A stretch of 52,602 nucleotides of DNA from a virus (taxonomy: Duplodnaviria; Caudoviricetes). The first letter of the stretch is position 1. Each line of letters begins with the position of its first letter. This document shows positions 7,714 to 17,192 of the stretch, piece by piece. The DNA lies in IMG/VR virus record IMGVR_UViG_3300032287_001223, positions 1-52,602 of that record; one strand, written 5' to 3'. A program made the translations under genes and the position numbers. The notes under the pieces are model-generated. The model worked only from the letters and a program-made list of their open reading frames with translations, was not told where the DNA came from and did no database searches.

Positions 7714-8712
7714 ATGTCAATTGGAGTAGCAGGCGCAGGTTCCGCAGCCCTAATCAGCGGAGCATATCCCCAGTATTCAACTGCCAGCACAACTAAATTC
7801 ATCCCTGAAGTTTGGTCTGGCAAGTTGCAAGCTAAGTTCTACAAGACAACCGTCTTGTCAGAAATCACCAACAACGATTGGGAAGGCGAGATCAAGGGTC
7901 AAGGCGATAAAGTCTATATCCGTTCAATCCCCACCATCACCATCCGCTCATACACCAAAGGTATGAATCTGACGAACGAAGTCCCCACATCCACTCCTTT
8001 GGAGTTGAACATTGACCAAGGTCAATACTTCTCCGTAGTGTTGGATGACGTTGATGCCGTTCAAGCAGACGTTAAGTTGATGGACATGTTCACCAACGAT
8101 GCCAGCGAGCAAATGAAGATCACTATCGACACTGATGTGTTGAACGGTGTGAAAACAGGCGCAGCATCTACCAACAAGGGTGCAACTGCTGGTGCTTTGT
8201 CGGCAAACATCAACTTGGGTACAACCTACGCTACCCGCGCCATCAGCAAGACCAACGTGTTGGACTTGATTTTGGACATGGGCCAAGTGTTGGACGAATC
8301 CGATGTTCCTGAGAGTGGTCGTTGGTTGGTCATTCCTTCATGGATGGCTGCAATGATTAAGAACTCTGACCTGAAGCAAGCGTACTTGACCGGCGACAGC
8401 CAGTCTCCCTTGCGTAACGGTAAGCTGGGCATGATCGACCGCTTCACCCTGTACGTCTCTAACTGCCTGCCTAACGCAGTGGATTTGGGTTCCGACTCAT
8501 CTACCGGCGGTACAGGTACTGCTGCTGACGTTCGTGGTTGGAACATCCTTGCCGGTACTCGTGATGCAATCTCCTTTGCTTCACAAATGGCAAACGTCGA
8601 GACTATCCGCGCTCAATCCACATTCGGTAACATCGTCCGTGGTTTGAATGTGTATGGTTACAAAGTGACCAAGCCAGAAGCTCTGGTCAACGCACTGGTT
8701 TCCAAGGCCTAA
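7714..8712 (+). CDS. Major capsid protein
   Basis: 332 aa, strong TAAGGA RBS, FIPEVWSGKL...EGEIKGQGDKVYI coat-protein signature, followed by a terminator. Confidence 0.9.
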   Translation: MSIGVAGAGSAALISGAYPQYSTASTTKFIPEVWSGKLQAKFYKTTVLSEITNNDWEGEIKGQGDKVYIRSIPTITIRSYTKGMNLTNEVPTSTPLELNIDQGQYFSVVLDDVDAVQADVKLMDMFTNDASEQMKITIDTDVLNGVKTGAASTNKGATAGALSANINLGTTYATRAISKTNVLDLILDMGQVLDESDVPESGRWLVIPSWMAAMIKNSDLKQAYLTGDSQSPLRNGKLGMIDRFTLYVSNCLPNAVDLGSDSSTGGTGTAADVRGWNILAGTRDAISFASQMANVETIRAQSTFGNIVRGLNVYGYKVTKPEALVNALVSKA

Positions 8713-8729
8713 GCAGTTGCCATTGGATT

Positions 8730-8757
8730 GGGGGAGGCTTCGGCCTCCTCCCTTTTT
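8730..8757 (+). terminator. Rho-independent terminator after the capsid gene
   Basis: GGAGGC-TTCG-GCCTCC hairpin (cUUCGg loop) followed by TTTTT. Confidence 0.8.
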
Positions 8758-9792
8758 ATGCGATACATCCGCAATACACAAACCAGCAAGCTTCATGCTT
8801 ACGATAGATCCCTGCTTGAGCTTGGATACTACGCAGAGTATGAGGACGATCCGCAAGATCCGCCAAAGAAAACAAAGGACATCACGTTCTATGTCTCTGC
8901 CGTGGGGATTGGGGATGCTGTTTGCGGACTGTATGCAGCTTGCGCGATAGCAGATCAAGGGTTTAACGTCACGTTCCACACAAGGCACGTTGACTGGCTC
9001 TCCGCTGTTTCGCATCCAAATGTGAGTATCTGTGATGAATCTGATTACTCAGCAGATGCAAACCTTGATTACCAAGGTCAGCTACGGGCTGGCAGGGACA
9101 AGAGCTTCAGCTCAAGGCCGAACTGGTACATCAAAGGCGTGAGGCGGTATTACGAAATACCTGAATGCCAAGCAACAAGACCCGCAACGGTTAAGAAGTT
9201 TGACAAGTCTCAGAAGATTGCAGTGATTGTTCCAACCAGCATCTGGTCTGTAAGATCCTGGAATGAGGACAGATGGACAGATCTGTCGAATCTGTTGACA
9301 GATAGTGGCTATCTTGTTGTAGCCATAGGCTCTGGAAAAGAGAAAGATCTTCTGGACAGGATTCCTGCCAGCAAGGTTTACTGGAACAGGCCAGCATCTG
9401 AAATTATTGACCTCATTGGTGGTGCGACAATCCTTTATGGAAACGACAGTGGGATGGTTCATGTCGCCGGATTGCTGGGAACACCAGCAGTAGCGGTCAC
9501 TGGCCCGACCACAAGAGACTTTGTTTTTGATTGCGGAGAATCTGTCGTTGGGATAAGCTCTGACATGCCATGCACAGGATGTTATTGGCAAAGAGACCAC
9601 GGCTGGGACGAGCGATGTGTAAAAAACTGCGAGTCTTTGCAGTCGATCAAGCCAGAATCAGTATTCCAGTTGGGAGAATCACATGTTCATGAGAAACAAG
9701 CGCACGGGCAGGATAGTGGTTTACGACGAGAAGTTGCTGGAGTTGGGGTACGAGGCGGTCGTAGACGAGCCAAAGCCAAAGAAACCAACTGA
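8758..9792 (+). CDS. Glycosyltransferase family 9 (heptosyltransferase-like) with an N-terminal phage peptide
   Basis: GIGDAV, PTSIWSVRSW and GNDSGMVHVAGLLGTPAVAVTGPT GT9 motifs, C-terminal Cys cluster; start codon uncertain (8728 TTG or 8758 ATG). Confidence 0.85.
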   Translation: MRYIRNTQTSKLHAYDRSLLELGYYAEYEDDPQDPPKKTKDITFYVSAVGIGDAVCGLYAACAIADQGFNVTFHTRHVDWLSAVSHPNVSICDESDYSADANLDYQGQLRAGRDKSFSSRPNWYIKGVRRYYEIPECQATRPATVKKFDKSQKIAVIVPTSIWSVRSWNEDRWTDLSNLLTDSGYLVVAIGSGKEKDLLDRIPASKVYWNRPASEIIDLIGGATILYGNDSGMVHVAGLLGTPAVAVTGPTTRDFVFDCGESVVGISSDMPCTGCYWQRDHGWDERCVKNCESLQSIKPESVFQLGESHVHEKQAHGQDSGLRREVAGVGVRGGRRRAKAKETN

Positions 9793-9850
9793 CGATGAGA
9801 TTTCTGTGCAGGACGAGATAACCATCAAACTCTACAAAGAGGCAGCATGA
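9683..9850 (+). CDS. 55-aa capsid-module protein MFMRNKRTGRIVVYDEKLLELGY... (not in the ORF track)
   Basis: GGAGA RBS, stop ATGA-coupled to 9847; paralogous to the GT9 N-terminus; overlaps the GT9 3' end. Confidence 0.75.
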   Translation: MFMRNKRTGRIVVYDEKLLELGYEAVVDEPKPKKPTDDEISVQDEITIKLYKEAA

Positions 9851-10158
9851 AGGCCAAGGACGTTAAACGAGAGGGCGGTAAGCTCGTCTATCACGGACAA
9901 GAGTTCGACGGCTTCAACAAGCCAAAGAATGCCCCTGCTGGTGCAAAGCAAAAGAAGGTCGTTCTCGCCAAGAAAGGCGATGAAGTGAAGCTTGTTCGCT
10001 TTGGACTTCGAGGGATGGAGGACTTCACCCAACACAAAGACCCTGAGCGCCGGAAAAACTACCTCGCTCGGTCAGCAGGTATCAAAAATAAAAGCGGTCA
10101 GCCCACCAAGGATGATGTGTTCAGTGCAAACCACTGGGCTAGAAAGGTACTTTGGTAG
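9847..10158 (+). CDS. Basic protein, DUF5754/DUF6321-like
   Basis: VRFGLRGMEDFTQHKDPERRKNYLAR...SANHWARKVLW; family recalled, not searched. Confidence 0.65.
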   Translation: MKAKDVKREGGKLVYHGQEFDGFNKPKNAPAGAKQKKVVLAKKGDEVKLVRFGLRGMEDFTQHKDPERRKNYLARSAGIKNKSGQPTKDDVFSANHWARKVLW

Positions 10159-10163
10159 TATAA

Positions 10164-10511
10164 ATGGCAACATTTCAAAATGTAATGGACGATGCGCGGA
10201 TCATTCTCAACGATCAAGTCAGTGAGTTGAACCCAATCCCTCGCTATACGGAGGCCCAGTTGTTGAGCTACGCTCGCTCGGCTCTTATCGAAGCTCGTCG
10301 GGTCAGGCCAGATCTGTTTCTGTCAAACCTGACCACTTCCTTCGCAAGCTACACGGTTTCTTCCACGATTCCAATCTCTGATGACTACCTGCTTGCGATG
10401 GTTGACTACGTTGTCCACCGCTCAGAGCTGAGAGATGACGAGTTTGCCGTTGACGGAAGATCAGCCGCCTTATATCAGAAGTTTAAATCTGGACTTTTGG
10501 GAATCACATGA
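10164..10511 (+). CDS. Head-tail adaptor-like virion protein
   Basis: 115 aa, ARIILND...RYTEAQLLSY...RPDLF; position after the capsid gene. Confidence 0.65.
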   Translation: MATFQNVMDDARIILNDQVSELNPIPRYTEAQLLSYARSALIEARRVRPDLFLSNLTTSFASYTVSSTIPISDDYLLAMVDYVVHRSELRDDEFAVDGRSAALYQKFKSGLLGIT

Positions 10512-11158
10512 AGACACTTGAATCATTCCTGCCAGAGATCCTTCCTGACGTACCCGGATGTACGTCCGATATGGCTATCCGCGCTCTTCGCAACACAATT
10601 ATTGAGTTCTGTGAGAAGAGTCTGATTTATCAAGACACAATGGATGCGGTCACGGTTTTGCAGGGCATAACAGATTACGATCTGGAGCCGCCAAAGGATT
10701 ACCGGATTCAAAAAATCATGAAGATGTGGTATCTGGGGCAGGAGCTTGAGGCTTTGGCTCCAGATGCTATTGGTGTGCCAGATGCCTACCGAACCAACAT
10801 AACTGGCTACAACCCCAGCAGTGGCCCACCCGCCGGATATACACAGAAGGACGTTGACACCTTCACAATTCTGCCAATTCCGGATCAGAAGTATGCAGCA
10901 TCTATTACAATGAGAGTTGCTCTCGTTCCCTTGCGAACAGTGACAGAGGTTGCTGACTTCTTGTTTGAGATCTGGGGCGAGACTCTTGGGTTTGGCGCAA
11001 AGGCGAGGTTGATGCTCACACCTGGAAAGCCATACTCAAACAACGATTCGGCAAACTTTAATCAGGTTCGCTACATGACTGGATTGAATGACGCAAGACA
11101 GAGAGCTTTGCGCGGCAATGTCCGATCTACTTTACAAGTCAAGTTGAGGAAGCCATGA
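10508..11158 (+). CDS. Tail adaptor/tubular protein
   Basis: FLPEILPDVPGC...IEFCEKS...GAKARLMLTPGKPYSN, a family seen in podoviral tail modules. Confidence 0.65.
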   Translation: MKTLESFLPEILPDVPGCTSDMAIRALRNTIIEFCEKSLIYQDTMDAVTVLQGITDYDLEPPKDYRIQKIMKMWYLGQELEALAPDAIGVPDAYRTNITGYNPSSGPPAGYTQKDVDTFTILPIPDQKYAASITMRVALVPLRTVTEVADFLFEIWGETLGFGAKARLMLTPGKPYSNNDSANFNQVRYMTGLNDARQRALRGNVRSTLQVKLRKP

Positions 11159-11487
11159 CAGACAAAATTAAACTTGTTCAAGGCGATACTCGTCCAGCCA
11201 TTGTCTGCACGATCACTGATGAGACAACAGGAGCTGCTGTCAACATCACTGGAGCCACTGTCCTCCTGAAGTTCCGCCCAGTCGGAAGCACGACTCTCCA
11301 AGCTACCGTAACAGGAACAGTGACATCTGGTTCTGCTGGACAGGTCGCTTTCTATCCAGCCTCTACGCCAGCAATGCTGACAGGCGATGCAGGAGATTAC
11401 GAGGGTGAGATCGAGATCACGTTCAGCGATGGACAGATTCAAACTGTCTACGATCTTTTGAAATTTAAGATCCGCGAGGACTTCTAA
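11155..11487 (+). CDS. BppU-N-like tail/baseplate protein
   Basis: IKLVQGDTRP...GDYEGEIEITFSDG beta-sandwich pattern. Confidence 0.6.
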   Translation: MTDKIKLVQGDTRPAIVCTITDETTGAAVNITGATVLLKFRPVGSTTLQATVTGTVTSGSAGQVAFYPASTPAMLTGDAGDYEGEIEITFSDGQIQTVYDLLKFKIREDF

Positions 11488-12458
11488 TGGTCAGCAAGGT
11501 CACGGCTTCGGTAACGAACGCCAGACCAAGGCTAAGTGTTACGCTCGTCGATGCAATTGTTGAGTCAGGTAGAGTAATACCAGTAGCTGATGTATCTCGG
11601 GTTGCTCCAAAAATATCTGTCTCCTATAACAATCCAGCGGCAGCAGCAAGTTACACAATACCTGCTGCTGACATAGCCTATATCAATCTATTCTTGGATG
11701 CAGAAATCGATGTGTCTGGCTTGTTTAGATACACAACAGAATCTGTCACACTAAACGATGGATCTGTTATTGCATTTTCCAAAGTACAAGCAGACTCAAT
11801 TTCATTAAGTGATCTTATTTATAAAAGCACCGAAAAGCAGTTTGCGGACGCTATAACTTTTGCAGACTTGGTTGTAAGGACACTTGTATTCATACGAAGT
11901 TTTGCGGAAACTCAGTCAATTAGCGACAGCACTGCCCGTGTTTTTGCAAAGCAGGCTGCAAGTTCTGTTTTGCTGTCAGAGAATCTTTCCAAGGCTGTTG
12001 CAAAAAACCTAGCAGAAACAGCTTTAATTTCTGAGTTGGCTTCACGTTCAGTTGCAAAGTATTTAACAGAATCAGTTTCATTTGCAGATGCCAAATTCTT
12101 AAGTAGCCAAAAGCAACTTGCGGAAGTTCAGTCAGTGGCAGATGCGGCTGTTAGAGATATTTCAAAGCTACTTACTGACTCAGCAGTACCTAGCGATGTC
12201 ATTGCGTTTGATATATCCAAAGCCCTAAGTGATGGATTTGCAATGAACGACTCGGCAGACGCTGCTGATGGGCTTAGGTTTTCATTCTCAATAGGTGTGC
12301 AAAATATAATTTTTGCATCAGACGCAAGTTTAAGAAGTTTTCAAAAGCCGAGAACAGATTCTGTTTCTATGAGCGACTCTGGTTTTGTGTTGCAACAAGA
12401 TTATTGTGATCTAACATATTTTGCTGAAGATTACGTTGGTGTTGGATTTGTTTTTTAA
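11487..12458 (+). CDS. Virion protein with ~19-aa K-x-L-x-D/E-S-V repeats
   Basis: Repeated units such as KQFADAITFAD, KNLAETALISE, KYLTESVSFAD; C-terminal YFAEDYVG. Confidence 0.65.
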   Translation: MVSKVTASVTNARPRLSVTLVDAIVESGRVIPVADVSRVAPKISVSYNNPAAAASYTIPAADIAYINLFLDAEIDVSGLFRYTTESVTLNDGSVIAFSKVQADSISLSDLIYKSTEKQFADAITFADLVVRTLVFIRSFAETQSISDSTARVFAKQAASSVLLSENLSKAVAKNLAETALISELASRSVAKYLTESVSFADAKFLSSQKQLAEVQSVADAAVRDISKLLTDSAVPSDVIAFDISKALSDGFAMNDSADAADGLRFSFSIGVQNIIFASDASLRSFQKPRTDSVSMSDSGFVLQQDYCDLTYFAEDYVGVGFVF

Positions 12459-12470
12459 AAGAGGTTAATC

Positions 12471-12920
12471 ATGATTAAAGAAGAAATTAAAATTACTGGG
12501 CATGTAGATATTGTTGTCACCGACAAAAACGGTAACATCAAAGACACACGTAGCATCAAAAACTTGGTTCTCACTACTGGTAAGACTTTTATTGCCGCGA
12601 GTATGTTGAAGACCACAACCAACAGCCCTGTAGCTATGACGCACATGGCGATTGGGTCTGGGACAACTGCCGCAGCAGTCGGAAATACAGCAATGGAGAC
12701 TCAGTTGGCTAGAGTTGCTTTGGCCTCTGCTACGTCATCCGGAGCTGTAGTCACATACACCGCATCTTTCCCTGCTGGCACTGGAACTGGTGCTGTTACT
12801 GAGGCGGGTACTTTTAACGATGCCTCAGCAGGAACAATGCTTTGCCGAACTGTCTTCTCTGTTGTCAACAAAGGCGTAGATGATGCGTTGTCTATTACTT
12901 GGACAATCACCGTATCCTGA
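12471..12920 (+). CDS. Tail structural protein
   Basis: KNLVLTTGK...MAIGSGTTAA...TEAGTFN...TWTIT family. Confidence 0.65.
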   Translation: MIKEEIKITGHVDIVVTDKNGNIKDTRSIKNLVLTTGKTFIAASMLKTTTNSPVAMTHMAIGSGTTAAAVGNTAMETQLARVALASATSSGAVVTYTASFPAGTGTGAVTEAGTFNDASAGTMLCRTVFSVVNKGVDDALSITWTITVS

Positions 12921-12932
12921 TTGGGGTAGTAA

Positions 12933-14294
12933 ATGTCAACAATTGTCCTTCGTTCGGTTAAAGGATCGCCGTTAACCAACACGGAGGTCGATACCAACTT
13001 TAGCAACCTCAACACAGACAAGATTGAATCTATTACATCGACAGATGGATCTGTCTCGATAACTTCATCAGGTACTACCCGCGACTTGAGTGCCGCTTTA
13101 GCTGCATCTACTACCAATGTTGTTTGCTTAGTTCGTAATACAACAGGCGCAACTCTCACTAAAGGAACTGCCGTCTATATTAACGGCGCTATTGGTCAAA
13201 ATCCTACAGTTACCAAAGCAATGGCAGATATAGATGCCACATCCGCTCAGACACTTGGGTTGATGACCGCTGATTTGGCTAACAACTCAAATGGATATGT
13301 CACTGTTATTGGCTTGATTAGCAATATCGATACGTCTGCTTATACAGATGGAGCGCAGCTTTATCTCAGCCCAACAGTATCTGGTGGGCTGACTACGACC
13401 AAGTCATCCGGCGGAGACCATTTGGTTTATGTTGCTGTTGTTCAACACGCCCACCCTACTCAAGGTAAATTATTTGTCAAAGTGCAAAACGGCTATGAGA
13501 TGGATGAGTTGCACAATGTGTCTGCTCAATCTCCTACCAGTGGACAGATCTTAATTTATAACGCTTCTACATCTTTGTGGGAAAAAGCAAATCTGACCCC
13601 CGGTACAGGTGTCTCTGTAACCAATGGTGCAGGCTCTATATCTTTGGCATTGGCTAGTAATTATGGCGATACTCAAAATCCTTACGCTTCTAAGACTGCA
13701 AACTACTTCTTAGCCGCACCCAATGGGTCTGCTGGCGCACCAACATTCAGGGCTATTGTTGCTGCTGATATTCCTACATTGAATCAGAATACTACGGGCT
13801 CCTCCGGCTCTTGTACAGGTAATGCGGCTACTGCTACAACAGCAACCACAGCAACCACAGCAACCACAGCCAACGCAACAAATACTGCAAACAATTTTCA
13901 AATGAATAGTTTGGGGATTGGTACGGCTGGATCGGGTACTGCTGGAGAGATTAGAGCAACCAACAACATCACGGCATATTACTCAGATGAGCGACTGAAA
14001 ACTAAAATAGGCGATATTGAAGATCCTATTGGAAAGGTTCGCGCAATCAAGACAATGCTGTATCACGCAAACGAAATAGCGGTGTCTCTTGGATACGATG
14101 CGTCTGTTATCGAAGTTGGTGTAACAGCTCAATCCGTACAGGCAGTGCAGCCTCAAGCAGTAGCGCCAGCGCCTATTGATGAGCAGTATTTAACGGTTAG
14201 GTATGAACGTCTCGTGCCTCTTTTGATTGAGGCAATTAAAGAATTGTCTGACAAGGTAATAGTTCTCGAAGAAAAACTGAAAGAGGGGGCGTAA
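12933..14294 (+). CDS. Tail fibre with C-terminal intramolecular chaperone (peptidase S74-like)
   Basis: N-terminal LRSVKGSPLTNTEVDTNF; TAT repeats; YSDERLK...GVTAQ...YERLVPLLIEAIKEL. Confidence 0.85.
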   Translation: MSTIVLRSVKGSPLTNTEVDTNFSNLNTDKIESITSTDGSVSITSSGTTRDLSAALAASTTNVVCLVRNTTGATLTKGTAVYINGAIGQNPTVTKAMADIDATSAQTLGLMTADLANNSNGYVTVIGLISNIDTSAYTDGAQLYLSPTVSGGLTTTKSSGGDHLVYVAVVQHAHPTQGKLFVKVQNGYEMDELHNVSAQSPTSGQILIYNASTSLWEKANLTPGTGVSVTNGAGSISLALASNYGDTQNPYASKTANYFLAAPNGSAGAPTFRAIVAADIPTLNQNTTGSSGSCTGNAATATTATTATTATTANATNTANNFQMNSLGIGTAGSGTAGEIRATNNITAYYSDERLKTKIGDIEDPIGKVRAIKTMLYHANEIAVSLGYDASVIEVGVTAQSVQAVQPQAVAPAPIDEQYLTVRYERLVPLLIEAIKELSDKVIVLEEKLKEGA

Positions 14295-14998
14295 TGCCAG
14301 TCTTATTTACAAATAACGCAACCACGACCCTTGGGTCTTCAATCCTCATCGGAGATCTGTCGTTGACTGTTGCGTCAGGAACAGGTGCTCTGTTCCCGGC
14401 AACAACAAGCGGATTTTTCTACGTTGCTCTTGTCAACTCAAGTAACCAAATTGAGTTTGTTAAGGTTACTGCGAGATCTTCCGACACGTTCACTATTGTC
14501 AGGGCGCAGGGTGGATCAACTGCAAGAGCCTATACAGCAGGAGCCAAAGTTGAACTTCGTTTAATTTCGACTGCTCTTGAGAATTTTGTCCAGCTCGACG
14601 GCACTCAAACCATATCAGGTAACAAGACCTTCAGTGGAACTGTTGCTTTGAGTGGTGGCGGATCTGTGTCTGGAACCTATACCGGCAGCCCAACACTTTC
14701 TGGAAACCCCACTTTCTCTGGCGCACCGACATTCAGTGGTACTCCTGTATTTAACACTGGCGCATCATTAGCTGGAACATTCACTGGTACGCCGACAATA
14801 TCTGGCAACTTTGATTTCAGTGGCACTCCTGTTTTTTCAAATGTACTTTCGCTGACTGGATCTATCAATACGACAAACTTTAAGATCCTACAAGAGAGTG
14901 GGAAGCTCGTTATAAAGTACGGCACAACAACAATCATGTCTATTTCATCTGCTGGTGTGGTTTCCGCATTGGATAGCTTCGCTGGCGGCGGAGTTTAA
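14294..14998 (+). CDS. Tail fibre-like protein with GxPTFS hexapeptide repeats
   Basis: FTNNATTTL N-terminus; repeated TFSG/PTFSG units. Confidence 0.7.
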   Translation: MPVLFTNNATTTLGSSILIGDLSLTVASGTGALFPATTSGFFYVALVNSSNQIEFVKVTARSSDTFTIVRAQGGSTARAYTAGAKVELRLISTALENFVQLDGTQTISGNKTFSGTVALSGGGSVSGTYTGSPTLSGNPTFSGAPTFSGTPVFNTGASLAGTFTGTPTISGNFDFSGTPVFSNVLSLTGSINTTNFKILQESGKLVIKYGTTTIMSISSAGVVSALDSFAGGGV

Positions 14999-15011
14999 TT
15001 AAGGAGTAATC

Positions 15012-15653
15012 ATGGCAACAACAAGCATTGGCGCAACGGGCGTGACATTTCCGGATGGTGGGGTTCAAACAGGGGCAACAAATGGCATACCTGTTTTAAA
15101 TGTATATACATCTTCATCAACATGGACAAAGCCAGCAACAGTTAAAGCAATCAAGGTAACCGTGGTTGGCGGCGGCGGTGCAGGTGGTGCAGGAAGTGAG
15201 CCAACAGGAGGCGTAAATGCGTGTGGTGCAGGCGGGGGCGGTGGAGGAACGGCTATCAGGGTTTATCCTGCGGCATCTTTACCTGGCCCTCAACCTTACA
15301 CGGTAGGCGGTGCTGGTGCTACTTCTTCGTTTGGAGTTTCCCCTGCAACTGTTATATCCGCAACTGGCGGAGCAACTGGCGGGGCAGGAGGCCAAAGCAA
15401 CGCTGGGGCGGGAGGTATTGGATCAAGTGGACAACTAAATATTGCAGGCGGTGCTGGTGGTGGCTTTTCCTCACAAAACACGAGTGGCTCAGGCGGATCA
15501 AGCACTCTTGGTGGAGGTGGGGCCTCAGTAGGTGTTAATTCCACTGTTGGTAATGCTGGTCGTGCATATGGTGGCGGCGGTGGCGGCGCTAAAACTATAG
15601 GCCCAGGCGGTGCGGGAGCGGCAGGCGTAGTAATCGTTGAGGAGTTTTATTGA
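15012..15653 (+). CDS. Glycine-rich tail fibre/adhesin protein
   Basis: VTFPDG N-terminus; WTKP...VTVVGGGGAGG...GAAGVVIVEEFY Gly-rich domain. Confidence 0.75.
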   Translation: MATTSIGATGVTFPDGGVQTGATNGIPVLNVYTSSSTWTKPATVKAIKVTVVGGGGAGGAGSEPTGGVNACGAGGGGGGTAIRVYPAASLPGPQPYTVGGAGATSSFGVSPATVISATGGATGGAGGQSNAGAGGIGSSGQLNIAGGAGGGFSSQNTSGSGGSSTLGGGGASVGVNSTVGNAGRAYGGGGGGAKTIGPGGAGAAGVVIVEEFY

Positions 15654-15856
15654 TGAAAGCACTTATTTCTTCTATCGAACCTCGTGAAGCAGGATATAGA
15701 GTGGCGCAAGTTGTAACGAACAACGCTACCTTTCCTGTCGCAGAGCCCGATCTGTTTTGGGTTGACTGTGAAGATAATGTTGTTGCAGATTTATTTTGGT
15801 ATAACCCATCTGACCAACAAATTAAACCTATTTCGCAGCCACCTGAGGGATCTTAA
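15650..15856 (+). CDS. Small tail-fibre assembly-like protein
   Basis: RVAQVV...FPVAEPDLFWVDCED, following a Gly-rich gene. Confidence 0.6.
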   Translation: MMKALISSIEPREAGYRVAQVVTNNATFPVAEPDLFWVDCEDNVVADLFWYNPSDQQIKPISQPPEGS

Positions 15857-16971
15857 TGTGCAATCAACTGTCTCAGTTTACTGTCGATAAATATGTTCAC
15901 CTCAAAGGGTTCCTTGATATTGGAAATTGCAATGAGCTGACTGTTGAACTGAAACGATTGGTTGACGCAAGAGCAACGCATAAAGACACTCAATGCCCAG
16001 CCTCAGAAGCAATTCATGGTGCTATGGTATTTGACAAGCTTCTCGTGGATCTTCTTCCTCACTTTGAGAAGGCGGCAGGCAAGCGGCTTCATCCAACTTA
16101 CAGTTACGCTCGACTATATAAAAAAGGTGAGAAGTTAAAAATTCACACCGACAGAGAGTCTTGCGAGATAAGCGCAACTCTGACGTTGGGTTTTGATGGA
16201 GAAGCATGGCCTATCTATATGGGCGATGAGGGCAAAGAGAACGCATCCAAAATCGTCATGGATGTGGGTGATGTCGTGCTTTATCGTGGAATGGAGAAGC
16301 ATCACTGGAGAAAGAAATTCAAAGGTGAATGGCAAGCACAGGTTTTCTTGCATTACGTCGATGCTGATGGCCCACACAAAGAGTGGAAGTTCGACAAACG
16401 CCCCGGCTTAAACTTACCAGCTACTAGCAACGAGCTGAACTATTGGATGTTCACAGACATCTTAAGTGCAGAAATGTGCGACTCTATTATTTCCTCTTAC
16501 ACAAATTCTGCTGTAAAAAAAGAGCCACCAGTGATAGGGACTGGTGATGGTGAGATAAACAGAGAGATTAGAAACGTAGAGCGTGTCATGCTACCTACAT
16601 ACAAAGATCTTGGCGGGTTGCTTACTGCTGCTGGCTTATCTGCAAACCACCAGTCATTCAAGTTTGATGTCACCCACGCCAATCAAGCAGAATTTCTAAT
16701 CTACCCTGCCGGTGGTAGATACCAATCCCACGTAGATACTTTTCTTGCTCATGGCGATGAGTGTAGAAAGTTAACCGTACTAGCTTTTTTAAATGACGAC
16801 TTTAAGGGCGGTCGGTTTTACTTGCAAAATGGCCACGAAAGAATGTATCCGCCACAAAGCAAGGGAACAGTTTTGGTTTTCCCAAGCTTTGTGATGCACG
16901 GCGTAGAAGACATAGAAGAAGGAATCCGATACTCAGCAGTCTGCTGGATGCTCGGGAAATTTTTTAGATAG
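15856..16971 (+). CDS. Tandem two-domain 2OG-Fe(II) oxygenase (prolyl-4-hydroxylase-like)
   Basis: Domain 1 HTD...HWR...FLHY; domain 2 HVD...RKLT...FPSFVMHGV...RYS. Confidence 0.85.
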   Translation: MCNQLSQFTVDKYVHLKGFLDIGNCNELTVELKRLVDARATHKDTQCPASEAIHGAMVFDKLLVDLLPHFEKAAGKRLHPTYSYARLYKKGEKLKIHTDRESCEISATLTLGFDGEAWPIYMGDEGKENASKIVMDVGDVVLYRGMEKHHWRKKFKGEWQAQVFLHYVDADGPHKEWKFDKRPGLNLPATSNELNYWMFTDILSAEMCDSIISSYTNSAVKKEPPVIGTGDGEINREIRNVERVMLPTYKDLGGLLTAAGLSANHQSFKFDVTHANQAEFLIYPAGGRYQSHVDTFLAHGDECRKLTVLAFLNDDFKGGRFYLQNGHERMYPPQSKGTVLVFPSFVMHGVEDIEEGIRYSAVCWMLGKFFR

Positions 16972-16979
16972 GAACAGAA

Positions 16980-17189
16980 ATGGGCGAGATTGATCCAATT
17001 GCTTATGGCGCACTGACCGCCAAAGTAGAGAACCTAGAGAAGAAGCTGGACAAGCTCGAGGCTTCCATCGAGGAGCTTATCGCTTTGGTCAACAAGGGCA
17101 AGGGAGGAGTGTGGATGGGCATTGCCATCGTTTCTGCAATCAGCTCTGTTATCGGTTTCCTTAGCCACAATCTGTTCGGCAAGAGTTAA
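16980..17189 (+). CDS. Small coiled-coil/one-TM protein (holin or antiholin-like)
   Basis: N-terminal coiled coil, KGKGG, then a C-terminal hydrophobic helix. Confidence 0.55.
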   Translation: MGEIDPIAYGALTAKVENLEKKLDKLEASIEELIALVNKGKGGVWMGIAIVSAISSVIGFLSHNLFGKS

Positions 17190-17192
17190 GAC

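Noticed and set aside
13827-13870. ACAGCAACC tandem repeats
   Set aside because: These are 9-bp coding repeats (TAT units) common in tail fibres; they have no spacers, so this is not CRISPR.
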